A DNA stretch of 64,000 nt, from the NCBI GenBank assembly GCA_021325135.1, contig JAJPHT010000006.1:1034-65033 (forward strand), written 5' to 3'. Of this stretch, positions 26,061 through 35,289 are shown one piece after another. The notes beneath the pieces were generated by a model. The model saw only the letters and a program-made list of their open reading frames with translations, made no database searches and was not told the origin of the DNA. The stretch's first letter is position 1, and each line of letters opens with the position of its first letter. Both the position numbers and the translations under genes were made by a program. Source of the DNA: Pseudomonadota bacterium. Lineage in GTDB: Archaea > Thermoplasmatota > SW-10-69-26 > JACQPN01 > JAJPHT01.

Positions 26061-26590
26061 TCACGCAGATCGGGGACACCGACGTGGCCCCGGACAAGGA
26101 CCCCAACATCATCCTCACCCAGGTGGACAAGCTCCTCAAGTGGGGGCGCTCCAACTCGCTCTGGCCCCTGGGCTTCGGCCTCGCGTGCTGCGCGATGGAG
26201 ATGTTCGCCACCATCGGCTCCCATTATGATATCGCGCGCTTCGGCAGCGAGGTGTTCCGCTCCTCGCCCCGCCAGGCGGACCTCATGATCGTGCCCGGCA
26301 CGCTCACGAAGAAGATGGCGCCCCGCGTGAAGAAGCTCTGGGACCAGATGCCCGAGCCCAAGTGGGCCATCGCCATGGGCGCGTGCGCCACCTGCGGCGG
26401 CCCCTACCAGAACTCCTACTCCACCGTGCTTGGCGTGGACAAGGTCATCCCCGTGGACGTGTACGTCCCGGGCTGCCCTCCGCGCCCCGAGATGCTGCTG
26501 GAGGGCCTCATCCGCCTCCAGGAGAAGATCCGCGCCGACCCGCGCATCAGCCCCGGCCTGGAGAAGTACCTCACGCGGAAGGTGGCCTGA
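26048..26590 (+). CDS. nuoB: complex I subunit B (N2 cluster subunit)
   Basis: [22 protein letters not shown] and VPGCPPRPE motifs. The GTG start overlaps the nuoA end. Confidence 0.9.
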   Translation: MAKLITQIGDTDVAPDKDPNIILTQVDKLLKWGRSNSLWPLGFGLACCAMEMFATIGSHYDIARFGSEVFRSSPRQADLMIVPGTLTKKMAPRVKKLWDQMPEPKWAIAMGACATCGGPYQNSYSTVLGVDKVIPVDVYVPGCPPRPEMLLEGLIRLQEKIRADPRISPGLEKYLTRKVA

Positions 26591-27592
26591 GTGGCCCTTC
26601 CCGACAGCGGCAGCGTCGAGGACTACACCGAGGCCGAGATGGCCGAGCTGGTGAAGCTCAACGAGACGGACAAGTCGAAGCTCACCAAGAACCAGAAGGC
26701 CGCCATCGCCCGCTACAACTTCAAGAAGGGCAAGGGCGAGCCCATCCCGTTCAAGGGCAGCGGCGTCGCGGCCGCGCCCGCCCCCGCCGGTGCGGCCGCA
26801 CCTGCGGCCGCCGCCGGCATGGACGACATCATCAAGTCGCTCCCCCCGGAGATCCAGGCCCTCGCCGCGCGCGACCCGGCCTCGCTCTCCAAGGATGAGA
26901 AGATCGCGCTGGCCAAGGCCAAGAGCCAGGCCGTCCGCGCGCAGGCCGCCGCGGGCAAGCCCGCCGAGCCCGAGAAGCCCAAGGGACCCACCCCCGAGGA
27001 ATTGGCCGCGCAGAAGGCGCTCACCTTCGCCTGGGCCAAGGAGCTTGACGGCAAGTTCGGCAAGACCGAGCCGAAAGGCGAGGGGCCGACGAGCCGCAGC
27101 TCGTTGGGCCCAGCCATCGACGCGTGGGGCATGCAGACGCAGATCCCCTACGCGACGGTGAAGCCCGAGCGCATCCTGGACGTCGTGCGCTACCTCCAGA
27201 TGGAGATGGGCTTCGACCAGCTTCGCGACCTCGCGGGCACGGACTACCCGCCCACGCACCTCGAAGTGGTCTACAACCTGACCTCCCACGAGGGGCACCG
27301 CCACATCGCGCTCAAGGCCAAGGTCCCCCGCCAGCCCGCGGAGGGCATGGACCTGCCCGCGCTGCCCAGCGTCTCGTCGGTGTTCAAGGGCGCCGACTGG
27401 CTGGAGCGCGAGGTGTACGACCTCCTGGGCATCCGCTTCCTGGGCCACCCGTACATGGTGCGCCTGATGCTGCCCGAGGGCTGGGTCGGCCACCCCCTGC
27501 GCAAGGACTACGACCTCAAGACCGAGCAGTTCGTGGGCCTCGACGAGAAGGGCAACGACATCGTGAGCTTCAGGAGTGAGGACGGATGGTAA
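26591..27592 (+). CDS. nuoC: complex I subunit C with long N-terminal low-complexity extension
   Basis: The C-terminal ~165 aa are NuoC-like (LRDLAGTDYPPTHLEVVYNLTSHE..., ADWLEREVYDLLGIRFLGHP). The first ~185 aa are Lys/Ala/Pro-rich. Confidence 0.85.
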   Translation: MALPDSGSVEDYTEAEMAELVKLNETDKSKLTKNQKAAIARYNFKKGKGEPIPFKGSGVAAAPAPAGAAAPAAAAGMDDIIKSLPPEIQALAARDPASLSKDEKIALAKAKSQAVRAQAAAGKPAEPEKPKGPTPEELAAQKALTFAWAKELDGKFGKTEPKGEGPTSRSSLGPAIDAWGMQTQIPYATVKPERILDVVRYLQMEMGFDQLRDLAGTDYPPTHLEVVYNLTSHEGHRHIALKAKVPRQPAEGMDLPALPSVSSVFKGADWLEREVYDLLGIRFLGHPYMVRLMLPEGWVGHPLRKDYDLKTEQFVGLDEKGNDIVSFRSEDGW

Positions 27593-28764
27593 CGCCAGTC
27601 CCCCCCGTGCGCGCGCCGCACACGCCCACCCACGGGGCCCACGGCCAGCGCCTCGTCATGATCAACATCGGCCCCCAGCACCCGGCCACCCACGGCGTGC
27701 TGCGCCTGAAGGTCATGCTCGAAGGCGAGATCATCCGCGACGTGGAGCCCGTGCTGGGCTACCTCCACCGCGGCGTCGAGAAGCTCTTCGAGGACGGCAG
27801 CTACCTCCAGGCCATCCCCATGACGGACCGCCTGGACTACCTGGCGGCCATGCACAACAACTACGCGCTCTGCCACAGCGTCGAGACGCTCATGGGCGTC
27901 AGCGCGCAGATCCCCGAGCGCGCGCAGTACATCCGCGCCCTCACCACCGAGGTCCAGCGCATCGCGTCGCACCTGCTCTGGCTGGGCGCCTTCGCCCTGG
28001 ACATGGGCGCCATGACGGTCTTCTGGTGGGCCGTGCGCGACCGCGAGGGCGCCATCGCGCTCCTGGAGCGCCTCTCGGGCGCCCGCCTCACGTACAACTG
28101 GTTCCGCATCGGCGGCGTTAAGAACGACCTGCCCCCCGGCTGGCTCGAGGAGTGCAGCCGCTACATCCGCTACATGCGGACGCGCCTCCAGGAGTTCGAC
28201 AACCTCCTCCTGGACAACGACATCGTCAAGCTCCGCACCGTGGGCGTCGGCCCCCTCACCAAGGAGATGGCGAAGAACTACGGGTGCAGCGGCCCCATGG
28301 CGCGCGGCAGCGGCCTCGACTGGGACCTGCGCCGCGACGAGCCGTTCAACCCCGTCTACCAGAAGATCAAGTGGAACGTCATCACGCGCAAGGAGGGCGA
28401 CGCCTACGCGCGCTTCATGTGCCGCTTCGGCGAGATGACGGAATCGCTGAACATGCTGGAGCAGATGATCGCCCAGATCCCCTCGGAGGGCGACTACATC
28501 AGCCCGGAGATCGGCGAGGGCCCGCGCCAGCACCGCGTCAAGCCCCCCGCGGGCGAGGTGTACGCGGCCGTCGAGGGCGCGCGCGGCGAGTACGGCTGCT
28601 ACATCGTGAGCGACGGCACCAACCGCCCCTACCGCTTCAAGTGGCGGGCGCCCACGCTGCACAACCTCATGCCGCTGAACGAGATGGTGCGCGGCCAGAA
28701 GATCCCCGACCTCATCGTGGGCCTGGGGAGCATCGACATCGTGCTGGGCGACATGGACCGGTGA
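27586..28764 (+). CDS. nuoD: complex I subunit D
   Basis: INIGPQHPATHGVLRL, LGYLHRGVEKL and WRAPTLHNL...LGSIDIVLGDMDR. Confidence 0.95.
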   Translation: MVTPVPPVRAPHTPTHGAHGQRLVMINIGPQHPATHGVLRLKVMLEGEIIRDVEPVLGYLHRGVEKLFEDGSYLQAIPMTDRLDYLAAMHNNYALCHSVETLMGVSAQIPERAQYIRALTTEVQRIASHLLWLGAFALDMGAMTVFWWAVRDREGAIALLERLSGARLTYNWFRIGGVKNDLPPGWLEECSRYIRYMRTRLQEFDNLLLDNDIVKLRTVGVGPLTKEMAKNYGCSGPMARGSGLDWDLRRDEPFNPVYQKIKWNVITRKEGDAYARFMCRFGEMTESLNMLEQMIAQIPSEGDYISPEIGEGPRQHRVKPPAGEVYAAVEGARGEYGCYIVSDGTNRPYRFKWRAPTLHNLMPLNEMVRGQKIPDLIVGLGSIDIVLGDMDR

Positions 28765-28770
28765 GACGCC

Positions 28771-29829
28771 ATGGCTTTCCTCCTTCCCGACGCCATCACC
28801 AACCTCCTGGAGCCCTACACGGGCCACGTCGCGGCGCGGCTCATCGCGTGGTTCGTCATCGCGTTCCTCCTGCTCAACTTCGTCATGGCCGTGGGCGGCC
28901 TCATGAGCTACATCATGCGGAAGTTCATGGCCCGCGTGCAGACGCGCGTCGGCCCCAACCGCGTGGGCCCCTTCGGGCTGCTCCAGTTCCTCGCCGACGG
29001 CGTGAAGATGGTCGCCAAGGAGGAGGTGCGCCCCGCGCAGGCCGACAAGTGGGCCTACCGCATCGCGCCCTACCTCGTCCTCCTCCCCATCATGATCGCG
29101 ATGGCGCCCCTCCCCTTCGGCGAGGGCGTGCTCCTCAGCGACCTGCGCTTCGGCTTCCTCTTCATCATCGCCGTCTCCGCCATCTCGCCCATCGGCGAAT
29201 TGGTCGCGGGCTGGGGCAGCAACAACAAGTACGCGACCTACGGCGCCGTGCGCGCGGCCTCCCTGGACGTCTCCTACGAGATCCCCATGGTGCTCGCGGC
29301 CGTGAGCGTCGTCATCCTCGCGGGCTCTCTCTCCACGCAGGACATCGTGGGCCACCAGCAGCCCCTCTGGTTCGTCTTCCTCCAGCCCGTGGGCGCGTTC
29401 ATCTTCTTCGTGTGCGCGCTGGCCAAGGCCGGCGTCGTCCCCACGGACCTCGGCGAGTCCGAGTCCGAGCTGATCGCGGGCTGGTTCACCGAGTACGGCG
29501 GCATGAAGTTCGGCATGTTCCAGCTCAACGTCTTCTTCGGCGTCGTCTTCATCGCGATGCTGGAGGTCATCCTCTTCTTCGGAGGCTGGAGCGTGCCCTT
29601 CGTCACGAGCGCCGTCGCGTTCAACATCGACTGGCTGCCCCTCCTGGGCGTCGTCGTCTTCCTCGCGAAGACCGTGATCCTCACGAGCATGGTGCTCCTG
29701 ACCTGGTTCACGCTGCCCCGCCTGCGGCCCGACCAGTTCCTCACCCTGGGCTGGAAGGTCCTCTTCCCGCTGGCGCTCCTCAACCTCGTGGTCACCGCGG
29801 GCTTCGTCTACTACCTCGGAGGTGCTTGA
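28771..29829 (+). CDS. nuoH: complex I subunit H
   Basis: MRKFMARVQTRVGPNRVGPFGLLQFLADGVK and a multi-TM body. Confidence 0.95.
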   Translation: MAFLLPDAITNLLEPYTGHVAARLIAWFVIAFLLLNFVMAVGGLMSYIMRKFMARVQTRVGPNRVGPFGLLQFLADGVKMVAKEEVRPAQADKWAYRIAPYLVLLPIMIAMAPLPFGEGVLLSDLRFGFLFIIAVSAISPIGELVAGWGSNNKYATYGAVRAASLDVSYEIPMVLAAVSVVILAGSLSTQDIVGHQQPLWFVFLQPVGAFIFFVCALAKAGVVPTDLGESESELIAGWFTEYGGMKFGMFQLNVFFGVVFIAMLEVILFFGGWSVPFVTSAVAFNIDWLPLLGVVVFLAKTVILTSMVLLTWFTLPRLRPDQFLTLGWKVLFPLALLNLVVTAGFVYYLGGA

Positions 29830-30283
29830 TATCACCCGCATTCCGGTCGTCGGCATGGCGAAGGGATTCAAGGAGACGCTCAACGCGTTCTTCAAGAAGC
29901 CCGTGACCGTGGAGTACCCCGAGGAGTTCCGCGACGTCCCCGAGAACTACCGCGGCCGCATCAAGGTCTACATGGACCTGTGCGTCGGCTGCACCACCTG
30001 CTCGCTGGTGTGCCCCAACGCGACCTGCCAGATGGAGGCGGTGGACTACCACCACCCCAAGAACAAGCGCGCGATCTTCCCGCGCATCGACGTCATCAGC
30101 TGCATGTACTGCGGCCTCTGCGAGGAGGCGTGCCCCACGGACGCCATCCGCCTGGAGAAGGAGTTCCCCGTCAGCATGTACGACCGGAGCCTCTTCGACT
30201 ACGACTCGTACGAGATTTCCAAGGACCAGGGCCAGGTGGACCTGGAGCGCGCCCAGAAGGGCGGAGCGAGCAAGATCCCCTGA
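29822..30283 (+). CDS. nuoI: complex I subunit I (2x[4Fe-4S] ferredoxin)
   Basis: CVGCTTCSLVCP and CMYCGLCEEACP. GTG start (alternative ATG at MAKGF). Confidence 0.9.
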   Translation: MLDITRIPVVGMAKGFKETLNAFFKKPVTVEYPEEFRDVPENYRGRIKVYMDLCVGCTTCSLVCPNATCQMEAVDYHHPKNKRAIFPRIDVISCMYCGLCEEACPTDAIRLEKEFPVSMYDRSLFDYDSYEISKDQGQVDLERAQKGGASKIP

Positions 30284-30769
30284 GTGGAGACGAGACGCAT
30301 GCTCATCGAGATCGCGTTCCTGGCCATCGCCGCGTGGGTCCTCCTCAGCGCCGTCATGGTCCTCGTGGCGAAGGAGCTGGTCCACGCGGCCGTCTGGCTC
30401 GCCAGCATGATGGTGGGCGTCGCGGGCGTGTTCATCACGCTGGGCGCCGAGTTCCTGGCCACCATCCAGATCCTCGTGTACGTCGGCGCCGTCATCACGC
30501 TGATCCTCTTCACCGTGATGCTCACGGTCCCCGAGGAGAAGATCGACTTCCTCGACGAGGTCTACCTGCCCCCCGGCGTGCAGATCGAGTCCGTGCAGGA
30601 GATCCAGAAGGCGGTCCCCACCTTCGGCGGCGTCGGCCCCTACAAGGACCTTGACACCACCAACCCGCGCCGCCCCCTGCGCAAGCCCACGACGCTCTAC
30701 GGCGTGAGCCTCGCGGACAACGAGTACGGCACCGACCAGACCGACCGCAGCAAGGAGGCCAAGCCGTGA
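30284..30769 (+). CDS. nuoJ: complex I subunit J, N-terminal portion
   Basis: AEFLATIQILVYVGAVITLILFTVML. The alternative ATG at 30299 (MLIEIAFLAI) is perhaps more likely. Confidence 0.8.
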   Translation: METRRMLIEIAFLAIAAWVLLSAVMVLVAKELVHAAVWLASMMVGVAGVFITLGAEFLATIQILVYVGAVITLILFTVMLTVPEEKIDFLDEVYLPPGVQIESVQEIQKAVPTFGGVGPYKDLDTTNPRRPLRKPTTLYGVSLADNEYGTDQTDRSKEAKP

Positions 30770-31083
30770 GCGACCCCGAGACGCAGGCCGCGCCGACGCC
30801 CGACGACAAGGCCGCGAGGCGCGCGAAGTCCTGGAAGGAGACGAAGACGGACCTCAAGTGGGCCACCGCGCTCCTCTTCACCCTCATCCTCGCCATCAGC
30901 GGCTACCTGTGGTCCTTCTGGACCCCCGCGCCCGCCACCGAGGAGAACATCAACGCCATGACCGACGGCATCTTCGACCCCAACGGGCCGCTCCTCGTGC
31001 CCTTCGAGGTGCTCAGCGTCCTCCTCCTCGCGGCGCTGGTCGCCGGCGTCGTCATCGCCATGCGCGAGATGGAGGCGGACTGA
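30766..31083 (+). CDS. complex I subunit J, C-terminal portion (split nuoJ)
   Basis: Single TM plus the terminal helix PFEVLSVLLLAALVAGVVIA, typical of the NuoJ C-terminus. Translationally coupled (GTGA overlap). Confidence 0.6.
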   Translation: MSDPETQAAPTPDDKAARRAKSWKETKTDLKWATALLFTLILAISGYLWSFWTPAPATEENINAMTDGIFDPNGPLLVPFEVLSVLLLAALVAGVVIAMREMEAD

Positions 31084-31398
31084 ATGGTGGACCTCACGCT
31101 CCAGACCTCGTGGTACTTCATCCTCAGCACCGCCATGTTCGGCGTCGGCCTCTACGGCGTGCTCTCCCAGAAGAGCGGCATCCGCCTGCTCATGTCCATC
31201 GAGATCATGCTCAACGCGGCGAACATCAACTTCGTCGCCTTCGGCGCCATGTACGGCCAGGCGACGGGCTTCGTCTACGCGCTGTTCGTCATCGCCATCG
31301 CCGCCGCCGAGGCCACCGTGGGGCTCGCGATCTTCGTGAACCTCTTCCGCGTGCGCCGCACCATCGATCTCGACCAGATCAAGACGCTCCAGGGGTGA
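31084..31398 (+). CDS. nuoK: complex I subunit K
   Basis: 104 aa with 3 TM segments, LMSIEIMLNAANINFVAF...AAAEATVGLAI. Confidence 0.9.
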   Translation: MVDLTLQTSWYFILSTAMFGVGLYGVLSQKSGIRLLMSIEIMLNAANINFVAFGAMYGQATGFVYALFVIAIAAAEATVGLAIFVNLFRVRRTIDLDQIKTLQG

Positions 31399-31403
31399 CG
31401 TGA

Positions 31404-33731
31404 TTGGCCTTCCTCGACTACGCGTGGCTCATCCCCGCCCTTCCCGCCCTCGCCGCGGTCATCGTCGCCCTCTTCGGCCTCCGCATGCCCTCCTCCATGG
31501 AGAAGGGCGGCTGGGTCGCCGTCATCCTCGTCGCGCTCGCGGGCGCCATCTCGCTGGGCGTCTTCTACGAGGGCCTCAAGGTCAACCCCGTCGGCTGGGA
31601 CGCGCCCTACCTCAAGCAGTTCGAGTGGATGAAGGTCGGAAGCTATCACGTCGACATGGGCCTCTACGTCGACCCGCTCACCATCTTCATGCTCTTCACG
31701 GTGGGCATCCTCGTGACGCTCATCGCGCTCTACTCGACGGGCTACATGCACGACGAGGGCACGGGCCGCCGCCGCTACTTCGCGGAGCTGACGCTCTTCA
31801 TCACCGGCATGCTCGGCCTCGTGGTGTCGAGCAACTACCTCATGCTCTTCGTCTTCTGGGAGATCATGGGCCTCTGCTCGTACCTGCTCATCGGGTACTG
31901 GTACCACAAACCCAGCGCGGCGAGCGCCGCCAAGAAGGCGTTCCTCACGACGCGCGTCGGCGACGCGTTCTTCCTCGTGGGCCTGGGCATCCTGTTCGCC
32001 TCGTTCCACACGCTCAACTTCAACGAGCTCTTCGCGGCGGCCGCCCGCGGCGCGCCCGGCGTCGACCGCAACGTGCTGCTCCTCGCGAACTCCTGCGTCT
32101 TCGTGGGCGCGGTGGGCAAGTCGGCCCAGTTCCCCCTGCACACGTGGCTTCCCGACGCCATGGAGGGCCCCACCACCGTCTCCGCGCTCATCCACGCGGC
32201 CACCATGGTCAAGGCCGGCGTCTACCTCGTCGCGCGCAGCTACCCCCTCTTCGTCCTCACGCCGCAGCTCCTCATCGCGGTGGCGATCGTGGGCGGCTTC
32301 ACGGCGCTCTTCGCCGCGAGCCTCGCCATGACCAACTGGGACCTCAAGCGCGTGCTGGCGTACTCCACGCTCTCGCAGCTTGGCTACATGTTCCTGGGCC
32401 TGGGCGTCGCGGGCGCCCTCTTCTGGGCCAAGGGGAACGAGGCGGGCGCCATCGCGGCGGTGGCCCTCACCGGCCTCACGGTCGCGATCTTCCACCTCTT
32501 CAGCCACGCGTTCTTCAAGGCCGGCCTCTTCCTCAGCGCCGGCGCCGTGGGCCACGGGTTCCACGGGACGGAGAACCACTACGACATGCGCCAGATGGGC
32601 GGCCTTCGCAAGATGATGCCCATCACGTGGTTCGCCATGCTCATGGGCTGCATCAGCATCGCGGGCATCCCGCCCTTCTCGGGCTTCTACTCCAAGGATG
32701 CGCTCCTGGCCGCGGTCTACGAGGCGTGGAAGGCCTCGGGCGCGTGGATCTACCTCGTCCTCTTCGCCGCGGGCGTGCTCACGGCGATCATGACGGCCTA
32801 CTACATGTTCCGCCTCTACTTCCTCACCTTCGAGGGCGAGCACCGCGGCCCCCAGTGGTGGGCCGACTTCAAGCGCAGCCGCGGCGAGACGTGGAGCGTC
32901 CCGCCCGACTACGTGCCCCCCATCCCGGCGGGCTCCGCGCACGCCCACGCGCACGTGGAGCACGTCCACGAGGCGCCCCACGCTCACGGGCCCCACAGCG
33001 GCCCCGCGGGCCCCGCCTCCATGGCGCACGCGCACGACACCCACGAGGAGCACGGCGAGGACCACGGCCACCACGCCGGCCCCCACGACGGGAACTGGAC
33101 CATGAGCCTGCCCCTGATCATTCTGGGCGCCTTCGCCATCCTGGGCGGCTTCATCGCCGTCGCCTTCGCGGGCGGCGCGTTCGGCCACCTCATCCACGCC
33201 AGCGACGCCACCGTGCAGGCCTCCGGCGTCAACGCCGAGGTCGAGCAGGGCCCCGCGGGCTTCGCGTCGGCCCTCGTCGCGCCCTTCGGCGAGTGGACGA
33301 CCTACCTCTCCATCGCGGCGGCGGTCGCCGGCATCGGCATCGCGTGGGCCCTCTGGGGCCCGGGCCGCGCCGTGGCGAACATCAAGACCGACAGCGAGGC
33401 GCAGGGCATCGAGCGCGTCTGGCAGAAGCGCTACTACATCGACCAGCTCTACGACACCGTCTTCGGCAAGTGGGTCCTCCGCCAGGCGGAGTCGGAGAAC
33501 GACTTCGACCAGGAGGTCATCGACGGCGCGGTCAACGGCATCGCGACCGTGAACGACCGCGCCTCGGGCCGCATCCGGCGCTGGAACACCGGCAACGTGC
33601 AGGACTACGCCCTCACGATGCTCTTCGGCTTCATCCTCATCGTCCTCGTCGTGATCTACGTGCCGCAGCTTCCCGACCTCTGGGCCCGCATCCGCAGCCT
33701 CTTCGGCGTCATCTTCCCCGGAGGGATCTGA
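31404..33731 (+). CDS. nuoL: complex I subunit L (antiporter-like) with His-rich insertion
   Basis: TTG start and WLIPALP N-terminus. Also VGKSAQFPLHTWLPDAMEGPTTVSALIHAATMVKAGVY and the C-terminal lateral helix region. Confidence 0.9.
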   Translation: MAFLDYAWLIPALPALAAVIVALFGLRMPSSMEKGGWVAVILVALAGAISLGVFYEGLKVNPVGWDAPYLKQFEWMKVGSYHVDMGLYVDPLTIFMLFTVGILVTLIALYSTGYMHDEGTGRRRYFAELTLFITGMLGLVVSSNYLMLFVFWEIMGLCSYLLIGYWYHKPSAASAAKKAFLTTRVGDAFFLVGLGILFASFHTLNFNELFAAAARGAPGVDRNVLLLANSCVFVGAVGKSAQFPLHTWLPDAMEGPTTVSALIHAATMVKAGVYLVARSYPLFVLTPQLLIAVAIVGGFTALFAASLAMTNWDLKRVLAYSTLSQLGYMFLGLGVAGALFWAKGNEAGAIAAVALTGLTVAIFHLFSHAFFKAGLFLSAGAVGHGFHGTENHYDMRQMGGLRKMMPITWFAMLMGCISIAGIPPFSGFYSKDALLAAVYEAWKASGAWIYLVLFAAGVLTAIMTAYYMFRLYFLTFEGEHRGPQWWADFKRSRGETWSVPPDYVPPIPAGSAHAHAHVEHVHEAPHAHGPHSGPAGPASMAHAHDTHEEHGEDHGHHAGPHDGNWTMSLPLIILGAFAILGGFIAVAFAGGAFGHLIHASDATVQASGVNAEVEQGPAGFASALVAPFGEWTTYLSIAAAVAGIGIAWALWGPGRAVANIKTDSEAQGIERVWQKRYYIDQLYDTVFGKWVLRQAESENDFDQEVIDGAVNGIATVNDRASGRIRRWNTGNVQDYALTMLFGFILIVLVVIYVPQLPDLWARIRSLFGVIFPGGI

Positions 33732-35288
33732 GTGGCCTTCCCGCTCATCTCCGCGACGCTGGTCCTCAGCGCCCTGGGCGCGGGCCTCGTCGTCTTCGCC
33801 GGCCGCACGCAGAAGATCGCCAAGTGGATGGCGCTCGTCGCGAGCCTCGTCCCCCTCGTCCTCTCCGCCTACGCGCTCGCCGCCATCATGGGCGTCGGCG
33901 GCCTCACCGCGCCTGCGGGCACCGCCTGCGCGGACGGCTCGGCCAGCGGCGCCGGCTACTCGTTCCACGAGTGCCACGACTGGATCCCCAGCCTGGGCAT
34001 CCACGTCATCCTGGGCCTCGACGGCATCAGCGCGCCCATGTTCTTCCTCACGGCGCTCCTCGTCACGCTGGGCATCGTCTTCGCGTGGGACGAGAGCAAG
34101 GCGCCCAACCGCTTCTACGGCATGCTGCTGCTCATCAACGTCGCCGTGATGGGCGTCTTCGCCGCGCTGGACCTGTTCCTATTCTACGTCTTCTGGGAGC
34201 TGACGCTCATCCCGATGGCGTTCCTCATCGGCATCTGGGGCGGCCCCCGCCGGCGCTACGCCGCGATCAAGTTCTTCGCCTACACGTTCGTCGCCTCGCT
34301 GATCATGCTGCTGGGCTTCGCGGCGCTCTACTTCCAGACGCCGCTGGTCAACGGCCACCACAGCTTCGGCTTCGAGGCCATCCAGGCCGCGGGCGCCGGC
34401 ATGGGGCTCGCGCTCCAGCGCGTCGTCTTCCTGGCGCTCTTCATCGGCTTCGCGACGAAGTTCCCCGTGGTGCCCCTGCACACGTGGCTCCCCGACGCGC
34501 ACGTCGAGGCGCCCACCTCCGGCTCGGTCATCCTGGCCGGCGTGCTCCTGAAGCTGGGCGCCTATGGCCTCATCCGCATCGCGCTCCCCTTCACGCCCCT
34601 GGGCGCCAAGTGGGCCGTGCCGCTGATGTTCGTCATCGCGGTGCTCAGCATGGTCTACGCGGCCATCATCTGCCTCGCGCAGCGCGACTACAAGCGCCTC
34701 GTGGCGTACTCCTCCATCGGCACCATGGGCCTCGTGCTCCTGGGCATCGCGGCGTCGGTCTACACGGGCAACCCCCTGGGCCTCGTCGGAGCCAACTTCA
34801 TGATGCTCGCGCACGGCTTCATCAGCCCCGCGCTCTTCATGCTCTGCGGCATCCTCGCCCACAACCTGGGCACGCGCGACATCCCGCTCATGGGCGGCCT
34901 CGCGGACAAGCTGCCGCGCACCTCCTTCTGGATCGTCGTCTTCAGCATGGCGGGCCTGGGCCTCCCGGGCCTCGCGGCCTTCGTCGCGGAGTTCCTCGTC
35001 TACAGCGGCACGTGGGACGCCTTCGGCTGGCTCGTCTTCATCCCGCTGCTCTACCTCATCGTGAGCGCCGCGTACTACCTCTGGGCCGCGCAGCGCGCGC
35101 TCTTCGGGCCCTTCGTCGAGCGCCCCGAGGTGGACTACCACCACGCCTACGACACGCACTGGTTCGAGCTGACCTCGCTGGTCGTGCTCTTCCTCTTCAC
35201 GCTGGCCTACGGCGTGTGGCCCAAGTTCCTCACCGAGATCCTGGACGCGCCCGTGCGCTCCATCCTCGCCGCCGTGGGGGGTGCGTAA
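33732..35288 (+). CDS. nuoM: complex I subunit M
   Basis: ATKFPVVPLHTWLPDAHVEAPTSGSVILAGVLLKLGAYG. Confidence 0.9.
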   Translation: MAFPLISATLVLSALGAGLVVFAGRTQKIAKWMALVASLVPLVLSAYALAAIMGVGGLTAPAGTACADGSASGAGYSFHECHDWIPSLGIHVILGLDGISAPMFFLTALLVTLGIVFAWDESKAPNRFYGMLLLINVAVMGVFAALDLFLFYVFWELTLIPMAFLIGIWGGPRRRYAAIKFFAYTFVASLIMLLGFAALYFQTPLVNGHHSFGFEAIQAAGAGMGLALQRVVFLALFIGFATKFPVVPLHTWLPDAHVEAPTSGSVILAGVLLKLGAYGLIRIALPFTPLGAKWAVPLMFVIAVLSMVYAAIICLAQRDYKRLVAYSSIGTMGLVLLGIAASVYTGNPLGLVGANFMMLAHGFISPALFMLCGILAHNLGTRDIPLMGGLADKLPRTSFWIVVFSMAGLGLPGLAAFVAEFLVYSGTWDAFGWLVFIPLLYLIVSAAYYLWAAQRALFGPFVERPEVDYHHAYDTHWFELTSLVVLFLFTLAYGVWPKFLTEILDAPVRSILAAVGGA

Positions 35289-35289
35289 G

